Source of the DNA: Fonticula alba ATCC 38817
Lineage: Eukaryota; Protista; Nucleariida
Assembly: GCA_000388065.2 (NCBI GenBank)
Contig: KB932201.1
Length of the DNA: 16,000 nucleotides
Strand: one strand, 5' to 3'
Shown here: piece by piece, positions 11,501 to 16,000 of the stretch
How positions within the stretch are numbered: position 1 is the first letter of the stretch
Layout: each line of letters begins with the position of its first letter
Program-made: the position numbers and the translations under genes
Notes under the pieces: model-generated
Told to the model about the DNA's origin: nothing
The model's database searches: none
The model's input: only the letters and a program-made list of their open reading frames with translations

Positions 11501-13315
11501 GCCCTCCTGCCCGGGCGACATGACGCCGGTGGCTGGCAAGTGCACTGCCTGCCATGAAGGCTGTGCCTCCTGCTCGGGGCCGGCAGCCGACCAGTGCACT
11601 GCGTGCCGTCCGCCGACGCCCCACCCCTGGAAGGGTGGCTGTGTGTCGGAATGCCCGGCCGGGACCTTTGCCCAGGCGGAGGCCTCTCCATGCGAGGCCT
11701 GCGCGGCTGGGTGTGTGTCCTGTACTGGGCCCGAGCCGGGGCAGTGTGCCACATGCATCACGGGGATGGCCCTCCATCCGACCCATGGATGTGTCTCCGA
11801 GTGTGGCTATGGCTTCTTCATGGAGGCAGGCATCTGTCGCCCCTGTGGCCCGGCTTGCCAGACGTGCCACGGCCATGCCGACCACTGTACCTCCTGTGCG
11901 GGGCCCCTGCTGATGGCTCGGTCTCGAGCCACTTGCGTGGAGGAGTGCGACTTGGGGGAGTTTGTCGATGCGCTTGGCCCCACCGGGCCCACTTGCACCG
12001 GCTGCCATGCAACCTGCCATTCGTGCGACAAGTCGGCCGAGGCCGACAAGTGCCTTGCCTGCCGCCAGGGGCTGAGTCTCCTGAGCGGGGTGGGCTGCGT
12101 GGCGCTATGTCCGCCGGGCTTCGCGGTGGAGCATGGCGCCACGCCGGCCATCGGGGCCCGGTGTGAAGCATGTGCCGGCCAGTGTGCCAGCTGTCTGTCC
12201 CCGGCGCCGGCGGATTGCCTCCGGTGCCATGATGGTCGATTGCTGCTGGCTGGCGAGGGCATTTGCCTGCCGGCCGGCGAGACATCCTGCCCGGCCAGGT
12301 GGCACACCGATCGCCTGGCCAATGTGTGCCGGCCGTGCGGCGACGGATGTGCCGCCTGCCCGGGCCACCATGAGGACTGTGGTCAGTGCGATGAGGGTCT
12401 GCTTCCGGTGCGACTTGCCGGCGAGCACGGACCGCGCAGCTGTGTGGCCGCCTGCCCGGATGGCTGGTACGAGGGGGATGGCGCCTGCTGGGCGTGTCAT
12501 GAATTGTGCGACACGTGTGATGGGCCCGGCGCGGGGGGATGCGGTCTGGTTGAAGCTGGCAGTGGAGTTGTCGGAGGATGTACGTGCTTCTTCTCTTTTC
12601 TTTTTCCCTTTTTCCTCTGCTTTTCCCGTTCCCCCCCCCCCCCCTTTCCGGTATCTCCGTTGCCTGCTCTTCCTGTCTTGTTTTTTTTTTTCGCGCGGCT
12701 GCTCGAATGCTGACGCACATGCATGTAGCCGCCATGCTCATGATTTTGGTCATTTGCCTGCCGGTGGTGCTGCTGGTCAACTTGGCCTTGGTTTTGATCT
12801 ACATCCTGTGGGCGCGAGCCCGGGAGGCGAAGGCAAGCGAAGAGATCGCCCTGGCAGCGGCAAAAGAATCTGCCGCCTCCGGCACCACTGCGGATGCTGC
12901 CAATCAGGCCTCCGATGCTGAGGACGCCAGCCCGGAAGATGCCGCAGCCACCGATGGTACCCCTGACCATCCAGCGCCATCGAGTGCTGCGTCTCCCGAT
13001 GTTGCGTCTCCCGATGTTGCGTCTCCCGATGCTGCGTCTCCCGATGCTGCGTCTCCCGATGCTGCGTCTCCCGACGCGGTGTCTCCCGACGCGGTGCCTC
13101 CCGACGCGGTGTCTCCCGACGATGTGTCAGCTGCAGTGCCCGAGACACCCTCCACTTCCGAGCCTCCTGCCCCTGAGCCTCCCGCCCCCGAGCCTCCCGC
13201 CCCTGAGCCTCCCGCCCCCGAGCCTCCTGTCGCCGCGTTGTCTCCCTCTTCTTCCATGTCACAGGAAATCCCGCCTGGCATGGATCCTGCGGACATCCCG
13301 CTGGATGATTTGTGA
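4026..13315 (+). CDS. Giant type I membrane protein, about 2,871 aa (FG-GAP/VCBS-like propellers, EGF-like and furin-like Cys repeats, TM, repetitive tail). Exons 4026-5592, 5956-7635, 7798-12579, 12729-13315; alternative start 4083
   Basis: Exon lengths 1567+1680+4782+587 = 8616 nt (2872 codons including the stop). All three introns have GTRCGY donors and AG acceptors and preserve frame. Signal-peptide-like MALLLLLPLSMLLALA near the N-terminus, one TM near the C-terminus. This model joins track ORFs 2916-7670, 7671-12713 and 12578-13315. Confidence 0.85.
4083..4154 (+). other. Signal peptide-like segment
   Basis: MALLLLLPLSMLLALASHPSAVLA: hydrophobic core followed by a VLA-type cleavage site. 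Confidence 0.7.
4767..5384 (+). other. FG-GAP/VCBS-like Ca-binding motifs, module A
   Basis: TDMDGDGRADAVLV, GDFDGDGLPSDLAII and GDFDADGHPDLALA match the DxD/NxDG..D hydrophobic pattern of FG-GAP propeller blades. Confidence 0.8.
5593..5955 (+). other. Spliceosomal intron 1, phase 1 (large gene)
   Basis: AAG|GTGCGT donor, extremely pyrimidine-rich, AAG acceptor. Removal gives CEFCRVGHYRAQ-D-NRCRPCHSTC, a continuous Cys pattern. Confidence 0.8.
5732..5943 (+). repeat. Adenine-free C-rich degenerate minisatellite within the intron
   Basis: CCGCCCCCCGCTCT-like units, then CTCCCC(C)GG/CG units; no A in 212 nt. Confidence 0.85.
7636..7797 (+). other. Spliceosomal intron 2, phase 1 (large gene)
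   Basis: GTGCGC donor (a GT at 7633 is an in-phase alternative), C11 run, CTGAC at 7708 and 7788, TAG acceptor. Removes the stop at 7668-7670 and joins CLSRDEDG-V-CTTC. Confidence 0.8.
8439..8570 (+). repeat. Coding tandem repeat (GACGACGACACY)x8 followed by (GAT)x12
   Basis: Encodes (DDDT)8 plus poly-Asp inside a larger acidic insert at about 8270-8680. Confidence 0.95.
9843..10046 (+). other. FG-GAP/VCBS-like motifs, module C
   Basis: MDLNGDGRRDLVVM and MDLDGDGQVELLEV. Confidence 0.75.
10317..12542 (+). repeat. Array of about 15-16 furin-like Cys-rich repeats
   Basis: Repeated CxxCxxxCxxCxGPxxxxCxxC...CxxxC pattern, e.g. CDSSCATCTGPLATECLTC and CHEGCASCSGPAADQCTAC. Confidence 0.92.
12580..12728 (+). 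other. Spliceosomal intron 3, phase 1 (large gene)
   Basis: GTACGT donor, T/C-rich body, CTGAC at 12710, TAG acceptor. T|CC = Ser immediately before the TM. Confidence 0.85.
12734..12811 (+). other. Transmembrane helix
   Basis: MLMILVICLPVVLLVNLALVLIYILW followed by basic ARAREAK. Confidence 0.85.
12992..13126 (+). repeat. Coding 15-bp minisatellite x9 (SPDxx pentapeptide)
   Basis: TCTCCCGAYG..G.G units encoding SPDVA x2, SPDAA x3, SPDAV x2, PPDAV, SPDDV. Confidence 0.95.
13157..13231 (+). repeat. Coding 15-bp minisatellite x5 (PEPPA)
   Basis: SEPPA PEPPA PEPPA PEPPA PEPPV. Confidence 0.95.
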
Positions 13316-13373
13316 ATCCGACGCGTGCGCGCCTCGAGAGCGGCCTTCACATAAAGAGCATTTGCCTCCTCCT

Positions 13374-13415
13374 CCCCTCTTTCCCCTCTTTCCCCTCTTT
13401 CCCCTCTTTCCCCTC
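13374..13415 (+). repeat. 9-bp tandem repeat (CCCCTCTTT)x4 plus a partial unit
   Basis: Read directly from the sequence. Confidence 0.9.
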
Positions 13416-13677
13416 TCCCCCTTAGCTGGGCACTCCAATACAATCAGCAATGAATGCGCCGACTTTGGTGTGCCAGGGTGGCCATCGATTGCTCTTTCTT
13501 GCTTCCCGTGATGGGTGACTGCATGTGGCCCTTTGGCACGGAGGGACAGACCTGCCCAATGGGCTGTGAACGATGGACACCCGCTTGTGGAAGTGAGAAG
13601 AAAGGCGGCACTCCGCGCAGCTCCATCCAAAGAGCCACGGCTCTTGTGGCCGCGAGTCGCCGGGGCCTTCATCAGCT

Positions 13678-13756
13678 GGTTGGATGGCCGAGTGGTTAAG
13701 GCGCTAGTTTCAGGTACTAGTGGGAAACCTCGTGGGTTCGAGTCCCACTCCAATCA
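13678..13756 (+). tRNA. tRNA-Leu: tRNA-Leu(CAG), 79 nt, intronless
   Basis: Same cloverleaf; anticodon stem CTAGT/ACTAG, loop TTCAGGT (CAG at 13711-13713); T5 terminator at 13764-13768. Confidence 0.96.
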
Positions 13757-13900
13757 CACCTTCTTTTTACCGGTGTCTCGCTTTTGTGTGGCCACACCAA
13801 CGAGCGGCTGGAACACCCCGGTTCCGACATGCGTATGCTGACTCTGGCGGACCGGTGAGGAGAGTCCCGGCGAGAGAGAGAGAGCCCCCCCTCCTCCCCC

Positions 13901-14042
13901 CCCCGGAGGTGTCCCGTCCCGACAGAGAGTCCCTGCTCGGACAGAGAACCCGCAGCAGAGGGGAGAGGGCTGGCGATCTGCATCTTTGGGGGGGGGGGGG
14001 GGGGAGTCACACCGTTCCGGCGGGAGCGCGCGACATGCAGGG
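13901..14042 (+). repeat. Diverged repeat element, copy 1 (inverted partner of 15671-15804)
   Basis: Blocks 13901-13922, 13968-13990 and 14005-14028 match the reverse complement of 15783-15804 (20/22), 15710-15732 (23/23) and 15681-15704 (22/24). Confidence 0.85.
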
Positions 14043-14292
14043 ACAAGGTAGTGGGAAGGCGCGGTCTGCGCCAAGAGATTGAGCAGCCCTCAAGGTCTTG
14101 CGCCCTTGGTGGGGAGACGAGCAAAAGGAGGGCTGTTGGATGGAGGGGGAGAGGGTATGCCTGGAAGGGAGGAGACGCATGGGGCGGAAAGGGGAAAAGA
14201 GGGGGGAACGGATGGTGTGGATGAGGATCGACGCTCGCGCCACCTTCGCAGACAGGGAGAATGGTCCTTTTGACAGTCGCTCGCGGTGAGAG

Positions 14293-14295
<3 letters not shown>

Positions 14296-14338
<43 letters not shown>
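14296..14338 (+). repeat. (GT)21 microsatellite
   Basis: Perfect dinucleotide run preceded by a short GA run. Confidence 0.97.
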
Positions 14339-14339
<1 letters not shown>

Positions 14340-14513
14340 CCCAAGCTGGCGGAGAGGCAACACCCGGCGGGAACCGAGCAGGGCGGGCTGAGGCGAGTGC
14401 GGAGGGGGGGGGAGGTGAGCGGAGCGGAACGCCGACAACCGTATGCCGGAGGCGACTCTCCGGTCGCACGTCGAGAATAAATAGCCATTTCGCGCGAGCT
14501 GCTTTCACCAGCT

Positions 14514-14592
14514 GGTTGGATGGCCGAGTGGTTAAGGCGCTAGTTTCAGGTACTAGTGGGAAACCTCGTGGGTTCGAGTCCCACTCCAATCA
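14514..14592 (+). tRNA. tRNA-Leu: tRNA-Leu(CAG), identical to 13678-13756
   Basis: 79/79 identity; CAG at 14547-14549; T5 terminator at 14600-14604. Confidence 0.96.
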
Positions 14593-15670
14593 CACATTCT
14601 TTTTGGCAATCCGGCAAAAGCTGGGCACACTATTTTCCCCGACCCCGGGCTGAGACGGTCTTCTCCCGCGCAGGAAGGGGGAAGACAAGACAGGGGGGGG
14701 CCTTCTCCGTGCTGTGAGCGCGCCGATGACACGATGTGCTCGAGCTGTGGAGACGTTGGTGGCGGCGGCCCGGCCACGCCATCGACCGGAAAGTGTGTGC
14801 GTGTGAGGGCCAGGCCGACACCCGCATCGCGCCTGGCGAGGCTGACAGTTGAGGATGGCACACCCCGGTGCGCCTGGGAGGGGAACGCCTCAAGGAGGGG
14901 CAACTGCCAGGCGACGCGCTTGGGGCAGCCACATGGGCAGCAAAAGATATCAGACCGGTGGCGTGAGGCTCCCGCGTCCCTGTGGGGCATGTGCGCCTTG
15001 CCCTGCCGGCCGCCCAGCGATGGACACGGGCATGGCCGTGGTTGCTCGGCCGATGGCAGAGTCGACCCGGGGCCGCTGCGCGTATTCTCGCCAGGCCGTC
15101 CGAATGCCGAAAAGAGCCGACGACACATGTGCGGGTCCCGCGAGAAGTCTGGCAGGTGAGTGTCTTCCGGGGAGCGGGCGATCGCGGAACATCGCCCTCC
15201 TTTCGTGCCTGGGCGTGGGGTGGCCCGGTCCCCGCCTAGTGACCCATCGCCCGACCAGAAGCGCACAGCCGCATGGCAGCTTCCCCTCCTCCTGTGACCA
15301 TCATGCCGCCCTCGACGCACCGTCGGGGCTTCGCTCTGCTCGCCTCCTCCGCGCTCGCACATGGCCTCGCTTCCCCTCGGCGCCGCCCCTCCGCCAAATT
15401 GGACCATGCTTCTTCGTGCGATCAAGCGCCGAGGAGATTTATTCTCCCCCCTTCCTCGTTCCGAGAGGAGGGGCGAGCACATCGCCCTCCAGCAAGGGGA
15501 CCCGTCCAAGGACAACACCTCCCTCTTTCCCAGGTGTCTCCCTCCCCCCGGGCCCCCTTCCATGAGGGGGCCCTCCCTGCCCGCCCCCCTCCCCCCCCTC
15601 CCGCCCCCCGCCAAGGACACAAAAGGGTGCTCATTCTCTCGGCGCAGGTTGTGCCCTCTCGTTGCGTCGC

Positions 15671-15804
15671 CCCTGTATGTCGCTCCCGCCGGAGCTGTGT
15701 GACTCTCCGCCCAAAGATGCAGATCGCCAGCCTACCCTTTGTTGTGGGCGTTCTGGCCGAGGAGTGGCCCTCTCTCTCTCTCTCGGGACGGAACACCGCC
15801 GGGG
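15671..15804 (-). repeat. Diverged repeat element, copy 2 (inverted)
   Basis: Reverse complement contains GGCTGGCGATCTGCATCTTTGGG and the two flanking blocks in the same order as copy 1. Confidence 0.85.
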
Positions 15805-16000
15805 GCTCGATGGGACTGTCTCCGGTCTGGGCTGGCACTGCCGCGAGAGGCAAAGTGGACAAGGGTCCCGATGACCAGCAGACTGAGAAAGGCGGGTTGG
15901 ATGCGCTGGAGACAAGATTCCGCACGAGGCCGCGAGCGGGACCTGGGGGATCACAAAAAAAGGCCGCGACTGCGGCCCCCCCCCCCCCCCCCCCCCCCCC

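Noticed and set aside
8118-12020. 1300-aa antisense ORF, and 5655-7481 (608 aa)
   Set aside because: Shadow ORFs opposite a GC-rich coding strand; no recognisable motifs, while the + frame has a clear domain structure.
7671-12713. Treating ORFs 2916-7670, 7671-12713 and 12578-13315 as separate genes, or invoking stop-codon readthrough at 7668
   Set aside because: The TGA lies inside a canonical intron (7636-7797), and splicing explains all the joins.
8439-13231. CRISPR-like or mobile-element interpretation of the tandem repeats
   Set aside because: The units are contiguous, in-frame coding repeats with no spacers; no cas, transposase or reverse transcriptase motifs are visible in the window.
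13444-15954. Short ORFs in the tRNA region (e.g. 14553-15620, 13717-14589)
   Set aside because: They overlap tRNAs, microsatellites and homopolymers, and show no domain similarity or consistent splice structure.
15955-15977. Rho-independent terminator-like hairpin
   Set aside because: The context is eukaryotic (introns, Pol III tRNAs), so a bacterial terminator is not meaningful here.

Overview
GC-rich eukaryotic DNA with spliceosomal GT-AG introns (donors GTNCGY, branch sites mostly CTGAC), long G/C homopolymers and an 875-nt N gap. The style suggests a protist/opisthokont such as Fonticula, but that is an unverified guess. On the + strand it holds: (1) the 3' part of a single-pass receptor kinase gene (furin-like Cys repeat, TM, TKL-type kinase partly hidden in the gap); (2) tRNA-Leu(AAG); (3) one four-exon gene of about 2,870 aa, which the ORF track splits into three ORFs; (4) two identical tRNA-Leu(CAG) genes, the second lying between diverged inverted repeats. 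The large gene encodes a signal peptide, three tandem [propeller-like + EGF-like + furin-like] modules, an Asp-rich insert, about 15 furin-like repeats, a TM helix and a repeat-rich tail with no kinase. The most notable structure is the modular phase-1 exon layout shared by the kinase-bearing and kinase-less receptors, and the bracketing of the large gene by near-identical tRNA genes.
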